Below, piece by piece: positions 8,069-17,611 of a stretch of DNA of 64,000 nt (position 1 is its first letter; each line of letters opens with the position of its first letter). The position numbers and the translations under genes were made by a program. The notes beneath the pieces are model-generated. The model was not told the DNA's origin, ran no database searches, and saw only the letters and a program-made list of their open reading frames with translations. Origin of the DNA: Pseudomonadota bacterium (GTDB lineage Bacteria; Pseudomonadota; Alphaproteobacteria; Caulobacterales; Parvularculaceae). Location of the stretch: positions 802-64,801 of the forward strand of contig JBCDBL010000002.1 in the NCBI GenBank assembly GCA_039183635.1. The letters are read 5' to 3'.

Positions 8069-10489
8069 CTACATGTTTAAGGAGATGCCGACGCCGAACA
8101 CTTGCGGTTCGCCTACAATGACATTGCCGCCGAGCGCATCGCCGTTCACGAGGTACACCTCGTCGAAAATGTTCGAACCGAACGCGAAGACGGAATAGTT
8201 ATCTTGTTCATAGGCGATGCGCAGATTTGAAATGGTGCGCGTATCGTTCGCCGGGCCTGTCAGATCGGGGTTTGGCAAAAACGCCTGGCTCTCAGATTGA
8301 AAATTCATATCGTAAGTTGCCGTGAAACCCGAAGGATGGCTCCAGGTCGCGCCCAACGTTGCTGTTACCGTTGGCGCAAACGGGAATTCATCACCTGTAA
8401 GATCACCAGCCTCCGTTACTTCGGTACTCAACAAACCGATTGATGCAAACAGATCCAAACTGTCGGAAACAAGATAAGAACCTTGGAATTCAACGCCGAA
8501 CAACTCGCTTTCACCGGCGTTAATCACGATTGTGTCCTGGGGTGTCGGCGTCACTTGTACTTCAAGTTGCTGGTCGGACCAATCGATATAGAACGCGTTT
8601 GCATTAAATATAACTTTACCGTCACGGCTCGCAGCCCTGAGAGCAAGTTCATAGTTCCAGGAAAATTCCGGATCAAACGCATAAATAATTTGCTGGACAG
8701 GGTTTATACCGAGCCCGCCGGGCCTGTAAGCGCGCTGAGCGCTGAACGATGTAGAGATTTCGTCAGACCACCGATACGTCGATACGAATTTCGGAAGGAA
8801 CACATCGAACGTGTCGCTTTGGTTCAGTGCAATAGGCGTTAACGGATCATCAGTACCGAAAGCGACTGTAATAGCTGTAAATGCGGCCCCTGGATAAGCC
8901 GCAGCGATTCCCGGCGTAGCCACAGCGCTTGCGGTCGCAGCATCGCTTGCACCAATTAACGGCGTTAAGTCCGTAACAAGAGCCGACTCAATCGCAGCTT
9001 CTAAACCCGGGACGCCCGTCGTCACAGCAGCGAGATCGCTTGCCTCTAATAGTATATTCACCTGGCTTGCGGTGTAATCTGCTTCTTCCTGCTCCCACCG
9101 AAATCCGAACGTCAAGGTTAGTGGATCAATGACATCATAGGCGAACTCGCCGAAGACCGCATAAGTTGTGAATTCAGGTTCGAATGTAAAATCAGACGCA
9201 AGCGGAAGAAAGCTTCCAAGCAGTAAAGGGTCAGCCAAGTTGTTCGGCGCACTCGCAGGAATGGGAATAGACGCAGCCCCACTGGTGGCGGCGTCCGTTT
9301 CATTAAGATAAACAGTGTTAAGGCCGAAAAGCGCCAAAGGAAGCGCCGGGACGCCAAAGGTTTGCCGCACACGGCTTATATCGTCTGATCCACGCTTCGC
9401 CGCCAATGCCCCAAATAAGGCTGTGAAATTGTCGTCATTGTCATAAACAAAGCGAATTTCCTGCAGAAAATCATCGCCTTCGCGCATATCTCGGCGGATG
9501 GAGGTTTCAGGCAAGCTCGGATCGGCAGGCAAACCGTCAAAATCGCCCACCTCTTCTGTCTCATATTTAGTATAACTGGTCTGCGAAATAATGCTGAGGT
9601 TGTCCGTAATATCGTAGGAAATCTCACTGCTGAACGCCATCAACTCGCGATCCGTCTCCGCCAGAACATCCGCCAGCTGCAGACGCGCATCCGGATTGGC
9701 GCCGTCGACGATGACACTGCCGTCTTCTTCGTCCGTATAGATACCGGTGAGTTTCACCTCAAGGCCTGGAAGCGCGTCGGGCGTGAATAACAACTTGCCG
9801 CGTAGTAAGGTGCTTGCCTCTTCATCACCGTTCAAACCGTCGGCTCGCGTTACGAAGCCGTCGCTCTCCAAACGCTGTGCTGCGATACGAAACGCCAGTT
9901 GGTCGTCAAGGATCGGTCCGCCGAAGGCCACAGACGTCTCCCAGGTGTTTTCAGAAGCGTAGGTCGCCCGCGCACGCGCATCCCAATCAAAAGTAGGATC
10001 TTCTGTCCGCACAACGATGGAGCCGATAAGTGAGTTCCGTCCCTGGACGGTGGATTGCGCGCCACGCAAAACCTCGAATTGCCGGACGTCCCAGCCGTTA
10101 GAGATGGCTGCGCCTACTGTCTGGTTTGGAATTACCGCACCGTCCACATAAAGCGTCGCCACGGGCGTCCCTGTACCCCCGGTAACACCTTGAGACTGCA
10201 CGCCGCGCAACACGAACTGATCATTTCTTCCACTGCCGACGGAGACGAAGCCCGCGTTGCCGATGCGGCGCAGCACGTCTTCCAGATCGACAATGTTCAG
10301 CTTCTCAATGTCCGCAGCGGTTGTGACCTGAATACTTGTCGTCGTTTCTTGAATAGACCGGTCGATTTTTTCACCGGTGACGACAATCGTTTCGTATTCG
10401 AGCCTGTCGTCATCCTGGGCGACCGCCGCCCCTGCCGTTAACGCCGCCAGAGCTGTTGTGGTGAAAAGCGAATGTAATACGCCGCGCAT
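8069..10489 (-). CDS. TonB-dependent outer-membrane receptor
   Basis: Signal peptide ending AGAAVAQ. Plug region ETIVVTGEKIDRSIQETTTSIQV...FVLRGVQS. 806-aa product with a beta-strand-rich barrel. Confidence 0.9.
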   Translation of the reverse strand: MRGVLHSLFTTTALAALTAGAAVAQDDDRLEYETIVVTGEKIDRSIQETTTSIQVTTAADIEKLNIVDLEDVLRRIGNAGFVSVGSGRNDQFVLRGVQSQGVTGGTGTPVATLYVDGAVIPNQTVGAAISNGWDVRQFEVLRGAQSTVQGRNSLIGSIVVRTEDPTFDWDARARATYASENTWETSVAFGGPILDDQLAFRIAAQRLESDGFVTRADGLNGDEEASTLLRGKLLFTPDALPGLEVKLTGIYTDEEDGSVIVDGANPDARLQLADVLAETDRELMAFSSEISYDITDNLSIISQTSYTKYETEEVGDFDGLPADPSLPETSIRRDMREGDDFLQEIRFVYDNDDNFTALFGALAAKRGSDDISRVRQTFGVPALPLALFGLNTVYLNETDAATSGAASIPIPASAPNNLADPLLLGSFLPLASDFTFEPEFTTYAVFGEFAYDVIDPLTLTFGFRWEQEEADYTASQVNILLEASDLAAVTTGVPGLEAAIESALVTDLTPLIGASDAATASAVATPGIAAAYPGAAFTAITVAFGTDDPLTPIALNQSDTFDVFLPKFVSTYRWSDEISTSFSAQRAYRPGGLGINPVQQIIYAFDPEFSWNYELALRAASRDGKVIFNANAFYIDWSDQQLEVQVTPTPQDTIVINAGESELFGVEFQGSYLVSDSLDLFASIGLLSTEVTEAGDLTGDEFPFAPTVTATLGATWSHPSGFTATYDMNFQSESQAFLPNPDLTGPANDTRTISNLRIAYEQDNYSVFAFGSNIFDEVYLVNGDALGGNVIVGEPQVFGVGISLNM

Positions 10490-10632
10490 TTAATCCTCCC
10501 CGGTTAAGAAACATGCAACTCGTACTGTTTTATCAATGGTATGCGATCTTGCGTACGATTTCTATGTTTTCGAATACAATTTTGAGCAACGCCGCGATCC
10601 GAGACATTTTTGCAACGCACCGAATGGTGCAA

Positions 10633-11910
10633 TCAGTTTTCGTTCCGAATCTTTTGCATCTGCTGCTCGATCGTGTCGTAGGATCGTATGAAAAAGACTA
10701 GGGCGCAGAGGGTTAGCAGCACATTAACGATAAAAAACCAGACCCAGCCCACCTGGGCCGCCAGAACGCCGGAAAAAGCGCCCGTGGCCGCATATCCTAA
10801 AAACCATGTGGACTGCTGAAATGTGAAATCGGTGCCCACCTGTTCGTCAGACGTCCAGCCCATACGGGCGGCGTAGAGCACCATGCGCGTGGGCGCGGTG
10901 CAGATGGTGGCCCAGAAGATTACGCCGATAACAGCGATGATGGGCGGCGCGTCCGACGCCGCCAGCCAGAGGAAACCGGGCGCGGCCAAAGGCCCGACGA
11001 ACAGCATTGCGATCGCCATGCGTTTCGGACCGATACGCGTTATGGCGACCGAGGCGACGCCAAGGGAAATGATCGCCCCGAAGCTCGCCGCGAGGCCGAT
11101 GGCGATGCCAATTTCCGTCAGTGTCAGCCCCTTATCGCCGAGGAACGGACCGATCACTGTGACGGGCATTTGCACGGAAAACGATACGGCGAAAACAATC
11201 GCCAAAACGTGAAGGTTCACCCGGCGCTTCAAGAACGCCCCAAGACGTGCGCCGCCCCCGTCCCGCGCTTTTTGTAAAGCTTTTTCCGGCGCCGGCGGCT
11301 CCTTGCGGATCAACGCAGGGGAATTGAAAAGAATGAACAACAGGGCGGCGGCGACAAACGCCGGGGACCAGCCATATATGTCGGCGACAAAAAGCAACCC
11401 CGCGGAGCCGATGATTTGTCCGAACTCTTTGCCCAGCCACACAACGCTGGAGCCGAGCCCGCGCTGGTCCGGTTTTACGTTTTCAACAACATACGCATCG
11501 GCCGCGATCTCCTGGGTTGCATAAAAAACCTGTTTCAGAATGATGAGCCCGATGATCACATAGAGCGTGTCCATGCTCGGCTGGACCAGAGATATCAGGA
11601 TGTATGTGGCGGCCACCGCGAACGTGCACGGCGCCAGCCAAGATTTGCGCCGGCCAAAAGACGCACGCCAATAGTTATCCACCATCGGCGCCCACACCCA
11701 TTTGAACGCCGTGACCACGAACGGCAGAAAAAACAGCCCAAGATATTCCAGAGGCATGCCAAGGCGCTTTATGAACAACGTCGGCGCCATGGTGGCGGTG
11801 AGCGCGTTCGGCAAATCATGCGCAATCTGAAGGCACATGATGACGCCGAATGTTTTCCAACTCGCCGCGTCGGTTGGAAATTTAGCTTTCGCGAGGGACT
11901 TTTTCAGCAT
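10633..11910 (-). CDS. MFS permease of the AmpG/PAT family (AmpG / RhtX / FptX-like)
   Basis: About 12 hydrophobic segments. FKWVWAPMVDNYW...FGRRKSW matches the E. coli AmpG signature FKFLWSPLMDRY...GRRRGW. Confidence 0.8.
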   Translation of the reverse strand: MLKKSLAKAKFPTDAASWKTFGVIMCLQIAHDLPNALTATMAPTLFIKRLGMPLEYLGLFFLPFVVTAFKWVWAPMVDNYWRASFGRRKSWLAPCTFAVAATYILISLVQPSMDTLYVIIGLIILKQVFYATQEIAADAYVVENVKPDQRGLGSSVVWLGKEFGQIIGSAGLLFVADIYGWSPAFVAAALLFILFNSPALIRKEPPAPEKALQKARDGGGARLGAFLKRRVNLHVLAIVFAVSFSVQMPVTVIGPFLGDKGLTLTEIGIAIGLAASFGAIISLGVASVAITRIGPKRMAIAMLFVGPLAAPGFLWLAASDAPPIIAVIGVIFWATICTAPTRMVLYAARMGWTSDEQVGTDFTFQQSTWFLGYAATGAFSGVLAAQVGWVWFFIVNVLLTLCALVFFIRSYDTIEQQMQKIRNEN

Positions 11911-11941
11911 GTTGCAAGACGATCCTTTAACCTGACTGAGC

Positions 11942-13873
11942 CTACGGAAGCCAGGTTATAAGGGGAACCCATCCGTTTACGGCGAGCAGCCCCCAAGCCA
12001 AGCATAAGACCACCGTTGCAACCGCAGCATAATATCTGAAGATTCGGTGTTCGAATGAAACAGAAAACAGTCTCCAAGCAGCGAACGCAACGGCGGCAGG
12101 ACCAATAACGCTAAGGGCGCACATGGAGATTGACACAAAACTCACCGTTCCCACCCGTACAAGCTGATCGAACGGCGCGAGCAGAGATTGGGTTGCAAAA
12201 AGTGCAAAAACACCAAGCAACGCAGCGCCCGCCGCAAACAGGGCGGCCCGCACCTGGCGGCCCGCCCCTTGGGGTAGGCGCCCAAACGCCGCCATTGGCG
12301 CCCAAAGCAGCAGATGCATACTGACAATAGCAGCGGTCAACAGCCCTGCGACGAATATTGTAAATGTTCCGAGCACGCGAATAGCGGAGACCCTTTCATA
12401 CGCCCCGCCGTTAATGAAAACGGTTTCACCGGCCGGGCCGGTTACAAAAGCAGCGGTTGCAATCGCGCGCCCCGGCCGCCGCAACAAACCGTCGCCCATG
12501 AATTCCAAGGCATAGGACGAATTGGTGGGCGAAAGAGGAGCGACAGCGACAATATCCCCTTGAACGCTAAGATGCACCGCGGTGTTCATCGTCCAAAGCC
12601 AACGACGCAACTTCATATTGTGCGTGATTGGTGCATACCACCCATCGTAGGCCGAGCCATCCTTCACAGAAATGGAGGGACGCAGGTCAGCCGGCGGATA
12701 ATCGCGCGTCAAATAACCGCCGATCAGGTTCCGCAACGCCGCGCGCGCGCCCTCGTCCTCACCATTAATGATAAAAGCAAAGCCCCGACCGGTGACAGGG
12801 TCATACCCGGTCCAGGTTTTATAACCATCCGTAGCCCCGCTATGACCACGGAAAATATGGCCATCGCCAGCAAAAAACCCGAAATTGCCAAGCCCGTAGC
12901 CGCCGTCAACAACGCCCTGGCGCGCCGCAGCCGAGGTGGAGGGCGTCTCCATACGCTTCAACAAAGCAGGCGCCACGAGCCCCGGCGCGCTTTGCCCGCG
13001 CGTTGCATAAAACCGCATAAGCTTTCCAAGGTCGTTGGCCGTCGTCAAAAGCGATCCGGACGGACGGATCGCCATCAACCAGAATGAGCTTTCCGTAACG
13101 CCATCGCTGCGATAGCTTTTACCGATACGGCCCTGATCGGCGCGGTCCAACAAAAACGTAGACGATGTCATACCGAGGGGCGCGAAGATCTCGTTTTCCA
13201 TAAAGTCGTCATATGAACAATTGCAGGCGTTCTCCATGGCGACAGCGGCGAGCGTATGGCCAGGATTGGCATAGGAGTAATAAAAGCCGGGCGGCCAGGC
13301 GACATCGAGCTTGCCCGCCATCATCTGCGCATATGTTTTGGGCGCAACGCCAGGCCGACTAAACGCGTATTCGTAATAGGTTGAACCTTCTATCCCCGCC
13401 GTATGCTCCAAGAGATGAGAGAGGAGAATCGGATAATTCTCCGTCCAAGGATTATCTATTACAATCTCTGGCGCGACCTCCGACAACGGGGCGTCCAACG
13501 CCAGAGCCTGTTCACCAACCAACCGCAGGACGCCAAGCGATGTGAGGTTCTTCGACAAGGAGCCCGCGCGCAAGATCGTGTCCGCCGTCATCGGCGTCCC
13601 GGCGTCCACATCGGCAAGCCCGTACCCCTTGGCGAGTCTCACCTCCCCGTTCTCCACAATCGCCACGACCGCGCCGGGGACAGGCGAAGCGGCGATCATA
13701 CGCGCAATCTCCGCGTCGAGGGCGTTCAGAGTCTTCGGCCCATCCTCAGCACCGCGCGCCGCACTTCCCAAAAACCAAAATAGTGCGAAAACAAGTACAA
13801 GAACGGCGCCGGCCAGACGCATCAAACCTCCCATAACTCCCTCTCTCGCGCTTGCTCTGTCACCCAACATCAC
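11942..13873 (-). CDS. Exported beta-lactamase-fold (S12) serine hydrolase with a C-terminal multi-TM anchor
   Basis: N-terminal signal/anchor MRLAGAVLVLVFALFWFLG. SxxK in GSLSKNLTSLG and YxN in YSYANPG. The last roughly 170 aa form 4-5 hydrophobic helices. GTGA start/stop overlap with the upstream ligase gene. The start could instead be ATG 13870 or the Met at about 13822. Confidence 0.85.
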   Translation of the reverse strand: MMLGDRASAREGVMGGLMRLAGAVLVLVFALFWFLGSAARGAEDGPKTLNALDAEIARMIAASPVPGAVVAIVENGEVRLAKGYGLADVDAGTPMTADTILRAGSLSKNLTSLGVLRLVGEQALALDAPLSEVAPEIVIDNPWTENYPILLSHLLEHTAGIEGSTYYEYAFSRPGVAPKTYAQMMAGKLDVAWPPGFYYSYANPGHTLAAVAMENACNCSYDDFMENEIFAPLGMTSSTFLLDRADQGRIGKSYRSDGVTESSFWLMAIRPSGSLLTTANDLGKLMRFYATRGQSAPGLVAPALLKRMETPSTSAAARQGVVDGGYGLGNFGFFAGDGHIFRGHSGATDGYKTWTGYDPVTGRGFAFIINGEDEGARAALRNLIGGYLTRDYPPADLRPSISVKDGSAYDGWYAPITHNMKLRRWLWTMNTAVHLSVQGDIVAVAPLSPTNSSYALEFMGDGLLRRPGRAIATAAFVTGPAGETVFINGGAYERVSAIRVLGTFTIFVAGLLTAAIVSMHLLLWAPMAAFGRLPQGAGRQVRAALFAAGAALLGVFALFATQSLLAPFDQLVRVGTVSFVSISMCALSVIGPAAVAFAAWRLFSVSFEHRIFRYYAAVATVVLCLAWGLLAVNGWVPLITWLP

Positions 13874-15432
13874 GGGCGCGGGCGCTGAAACGTCTTCGCG
13901 TTCTCCGTCAACTGTTTTTTATCGATCTTGTTGACGCCGGACAAAGGCAGCGCCTCCATAAACACTATAAAGCGCGGGTGAGCGTAGGCGGGGCCGTTTT
14001 CCAATGTGTAGTGTTTCACGTCCTCCTCCGTTAGGGAAGAGCCTGGCGCAGCCACAATGAAAGCCATCGGCAACGCGCCTTTTATGTCGTCCTCCACAGG
14101 CACGACCGCCGCCTGATCTATGAAAGGGTGCGTTTCAAGGAGTTTTTCCACTTCACCCGGATAGATATTTTCCCCGCCGCACACGAACATATCGTCGGCG
14201 CGGCTGACAAAAAAGTAAAACCCTTCCGCATCGCGACGCATAACGTCGCCCGTATCATACCACCCGTCGGAGATTTTCCGCGCCGTCTCTGTTGGAAGGT
14301 TCAGATAACCACGCGTCACCATTTTGGATCGCACGTGCAATACGCCTTCATTCGGCGCCCCTGTCCCGACGAGCCGCACCTCGACATCCGCCATGGGGTA
14401 TCCCAGGGACAAGACCGGCGCCGGGCGCCCTTCAGGATGAAGACCGAATATCGCCGGCCCGACTTCCGTCGTTCCGTACCCGTTGGAGATCATAGCGTTA
14501 GGAAAAAGAGCCGCCGTTCGATCCACAAGCGCCCGCGTTACAGGCGCAGAGCCCATCGCCACCGAGGTCACCGAGGACAGATCCGCCCCGAGCCCGGCTT
14601 CCTGGGCTTGTGCGGCCAAAGCAAACATGGTCGGCACGCCCGTAGCGCGGGCCACCTTGAATGTCTCAATGGCGCGCAGATACTCCTGCGCTTGAAACCG
14701 GGATGTGAGGACTGCGGTCCCACCGACGTAGAGCACGCTTTGAATGTGGAATTGCGCGTTCATATGGAACAGGGGCGCGGAAATAAGGGCGCTACGTCCT
14801 TCAAGGCTTTCCCTTAAAAAATCAAACTGTTCAATCGCCCAGAGATAACCCGCATGCGTGATCGGCACGCCTTTCGGACGGCCCGAAGAGCCAGACGTAT
14901 ACATAATAACAGCAAGATCTGTCTGTGACGGCGCAAAAGGCGATAACGGTCCCGGCTTCAAAAGCGCTCCGTATCCATCCTCGCCGCCGACATCGAAATC
15001 TATAATACGCGTTTCAGGAGCCAAAAACCCCTTGTTCTGCTCATCGGCAAACACAAGATCGACTTCGGCGTCATTTAAAATATGCCGAACACCCGCCGCT
15101 TTCAGCTTTTGGTTTATTGGAACCGCGACAAAGCCGGCGCGCATAACGCCCATATAGGCGATAAAATGCTCCGCACGATTGTCAGCCAGGATACCGATCC
15201 GGGCGCCTTTGGAAACACCCCGCGCCAAAAGTCCATTGGCGACAGCGTTGATTTCTTCGTTAAGCGCGTCGTAACTGAGAACGCGTTCCGCGCCCTGCTC
15301 ACCGATCATAACGATCGCATTCCGCTCCCGCGGCGCGTTCGGATCGATGACGCTGGACAGATTGCGTCCGACCATAACGCTAGCCGACAGCCGGACTGTA
15401 TGTGCCGCGACCGAGGGCGCATAGTTTGCCAT
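13870..15432 (-). CDS. AMP-dependent acyl-CoA synthetase/ligase
   Basis: AMP-binding motifs YTSGSSGRPKGV, GYGTTE and DGWYDTGD. The ORF-track start overlaps the thioesterase gene by 53 nt. The in-frame ATG at 15378 (VMVGRN...) would sit 1 nt after the thioesterase stop and is the more likely start. Confidence 0.85.
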   Translation of the reverse strand: MANYAPSVAAHTVRLSASVMVGRNLSSVIDPNAPRERNAIVMIGEQGAERVLSYDALNEEINAVANGLLARGVSKGARIGILADNRAEHFIAYMGVMRAGFVAVPINQKLKAAGVRHILNDAEVDLVFADEQNKGFLAPETRIIDFDVGGEDGYGALLKPGPLSPFAPSQTDLAVIMYTSGSSGRPKGVPITHAGYLWAIEQFDFLRESLEGRSALISAPLFHMNAQFHIQSVLYVGGTAVLTSRFQAQEYLRAIETFKVARATGVPTMFALAAQAQEAGLGADLSSVTSVAMGSAPVTRALVDRTAALFPNAMISNGYGTTEVGPAIFGLHPEGRPAPVLSLGYPMADVEVRLVGTGAPNEGVLHVRSKMVTRGYLNLPTETARKISDGWYDTGDVMRRDAEGFYFFVSRADDMFVCGGENIYPGEVEKLLETHPFIDQAAVVPVEDDIKGALPMAFIVAAPGSSLTEEDVKHYTLENGPAYAHPRFIVFMEALPLSGVNKIDKKQLTENAKTFQRPRP

Positions 15433-15799
15433 TTGCGTCGGTCACATCGATGTCGACCACGGCCACTGTGCGGCCCACGCGCCGCGCTGTAGCTGTCGCA
15501 ACCAAATAAGCACCGATGGACGGGCGCAGATAATCGACTCGAAAATTGATCGTGGGTACGCCGCCGCCCACCGCCAGCGCGACGGCATAATCGCCAGCCG
15601 TGTCGATGAGAGAGGCGATCGGACCGCCATGAAACTGCTCCGTTCCCGCAGCGCGTTCCAACTCAGGGCGCAATGGCATGCGCAAGGACACGCGCTTGCC
15701 GTCAATATCCATATCGTCCACCCTGAGGCCAAGAAAGGCGATGGCCGGACATCCGTCCAACTCTTCTTGAAGGCTTTGTTTCGTATAGTCTTTCGTCAT
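15380..15799 (-). CDS. PaaI-family hot-dog thioesterase
   Basis: 139-aa product with the motif FHGGPIASLIDTAGD, typical of PaaI/YdiI thioesterases. ATGA overlap with the upstream oxidoreductase gene. Confidence 0.8.
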   Translation of the reverse strand: MTKDYTKQSLQEELDGCPAIAFLGLRVDDMDIDGKRVSLRMPLRPELERAAGTEQFHGGPIASLIDTAGDYAVALAVGGGVPTINFRVDYLRPSIGAYLVATATARRVGRTVAVVDIDVTDANGKLCALGRGTYSPAVG

Positions 15800-16803
15800 A
15801 TTGACACCACCGCTTTGCCGAAGACCTTGCGTTCTATCAACTCTGTCATCAAAGAAGGCAACTCCTCAAGGGGGCGGACGTCGTGAATGGCGGGCGTCAA
15901 CGCGCCAGACGCCGTCATCCGGGTCAAGGCGTCTTGATCGTCGATCGTCCACCCATTCGACCCCACAACCGTCTGCTCAAAACTCCATATGTAGCGTAAA
16001 TCCGTTTGCGGATCATGCCCTGCGGTCGCGCCGCATACGAGAATCCGTCCGTGTTTGCGCACGGTTTTCAGCGCTTTGGCCCATGTATCGCCACCGATAT
16101 AATTGACGACGACGTCAACGCCGCCGTCGCCCGTACCGTCATAGGACGGTTTGCCGAAACGGTCGCGGACCGCAGCGAGAAAATCCTCCTCAGCCGTGTC
16201 GATCACGTGATCGGCGCCAACCTCCTTTAATTTGTCCAGCTTCCACCCGCCGCCCCCGCATGCAACGACCTCAGCCCCTGCGGCTTTGGCGAGCTGTATA
16301 CACGCCGCGCCGACGCCGCCCGTGGCGCCTAGGATTAAAACGCGCTCCCCGGCCTTAACGGCGCCGCGCACACCCATCATACGGTACGCCGTACCGTAAG
16401 CGACAGGAAGCGCCGCCGCATGCTCAAAAGAAACAGAGGCGGGAACGCGAACGAGACAACTCTCCGGCATGACGACATATTCGCAAGCCGCCCCGGACGT
16501 CACTTCGCCCATCATGCCTTTTTCGGGCAAAATCGGATATCCAGACACCCGGTCGCCTACGGACCACCCACCCTGGACATCCGATCCAAGACCGGCGATT
16601 TCTCCGGCGAAATCCCCGCAAGGGATCATCGGAAAAGGCGTTTTCAATTTGGTCGACCCTTGCAACATCATAGGATCGAAACCGTTCAATGCGGCCGCCC
16701 GCACGCGCACCAAAACCTCTCCAGCCCCGACATCCGGCTCGGGCGCATCAACATATTTCAGCTCTTCAACGCCGCCGTGCCGCTCAAAAACAATAGCTTT
16801 CAT
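15796..16803 (-). CDS. MDR-superfamily NAD(P)-dependent oxidoreductase (quinone oxidoreductase / Zn-ADH-like)
   Basis: GroES-like N-terminus MKAIVFERHGGVEELKYVDAPEP. Rossmann site ILGATGGVGAACIQLAKAAGA. Confidence 0.85.
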   Translation of the reverse strand: MKAIVFERHGGVEELKYVDAPEPDVGAGEVLVRVRAAALNGFDPMMLQGSTKLKTPFPMIPCGDFAGEIAGLGSDVQGGWSVGDRVSGYPILPEKGMMGEVTSGAACEYVVMPESCLVRVPASVSFEHAAALPVAYGTAYRMMGVRGAVKAGERVLILGATGGVGAACIQLAKAAGAEVVACGGGGWKLDKLKEVGADHVIDTAEEDFLAAVRDRFGKPSYDGTGDGGVDVVVNYIGGDTWAKALKTVRKHGRILVCGATAGHDPQTDLRYIWSFEQTVVGSNGWTIDDQDALTRMTASGALTPAIHDVRPLEELPSLMTELIERKVFGKAVVSI

Positions 16804-16877
16804 GATGTTTCACCATTCAATTTTACAACTTATAGTAACACTCTCACGCCTATGGTTGTGAGAAGGCCGCTTGCCGC

Positions 16878-17609
16878 GTGGGGTTTTACCCTATAATACC
16901 CCTCGCTTTAGCAGCGAGTCGGATAAGAGGCGCTCCCTTGTCGAAAGTAGACGAACGCAATACGGCCACGCGCAGCGATCAAATCGTTCGGGCGATCGAG
17001 GAGGAGATCATCTCCGGCCGGCGTGCGCCAGGCTCCCACCTGAACGAGCAAGAGATCGCCGACCGTTTTAACGTATCGCGCACACCGGTGCGCGAAGCCG
17101 TAAGGCATTTGTCCTCCGCCGGTCTTGTCGAGGTGCGTCCTCGCCGCGGCGCTTTTGTCGCGCGCGTTCCGATAACGCGCCTCATTCAAATGTTCGAGGT
17201 CATGTCGGAAATTGAGGGTACGTGCGCGCGCCTTGCGGCGCGGCGCATGCCGGCGGAAGACAAGCAGAAGCTGAAAGAACTGCATGATTCCTATGCACAG
17301 CATGCGGAAAACAATTCCGCTGACAGTTATTACGACGAAAGCATAGAATTCCATCGCCTTATTTTTAGGGGCACGCAGAACGAAGTTTTGGCGGAAATGG
17401 CGACCCGGCTTTACAATCAGTTGACGGGATACCGCCGGCGTCAACTGACCCTCAGCAAACGGGTGAAAAAATCGTTTCGGGAGCACGCCGAGGTGTTGGA
17501 CGCCATTTTGGACGGCGACGAGGACCGCGCCGAAAAAGCGATGCGCGATCATACTCATATCGTCGGCGATAATGTCATGGATCTCATCAGCACCCTCGGG
17601 GACGATTAG
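16878..17609 (+). CDS. GntR-family (FadR/FCD-type) transcriptional regulator
   Basis: wHTH LNEQEIADRFNVSRTPVREAVRHLSSAGLVEVRPRRGAFV followed by a helical C-terminal domain. Divergent from the 16803 operon. The true start may be the TTG at 16938. Confidence 0.85.
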   Translation: MGFYPIIPLALAASRIRGAPLSKVDERNTATRSDQIVRAIEEEIISGRRAPGSHLNEQEIADRFNVSRTPVREAVRHLSSAGLVEVRPRRGAFVARVPITRLIQMFEVMSEIEGTCARLAARRMPAEDKQKLKELHDSYAQHAENNSADSYYDESIEFHRLIFRGTQNEVLAEMATRLYNQLTGYRRRQLTLSKRVKKSFREHAEVLDAILDGDEDRAEKAMRDHTHIVGDNVMDLISTLGDD

Positions 17610-17611
17610 GC

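Noticed and set aside
10490-10632. Search for a Fur/Irr-type iron box upstream of the first TonB-dependent receptor
   Set aside because: Only weak AT-rich similarity was found (ATTGATAAAACAGTA). There is no convincing dyad, so iron regulation cannot be claimed from the sequence.
1-13873. Beta-lactamase-fold genes as antibiotic-resistance beta-lactamases
   Set aside because: Their lengths, N- and C-terminal extensions and catabolic/transport operon contexts fit S12 peptidase/esterase-type serine hydrolases. Nothing in the sequence specifically indicates class A/C/D resistance enzymes.
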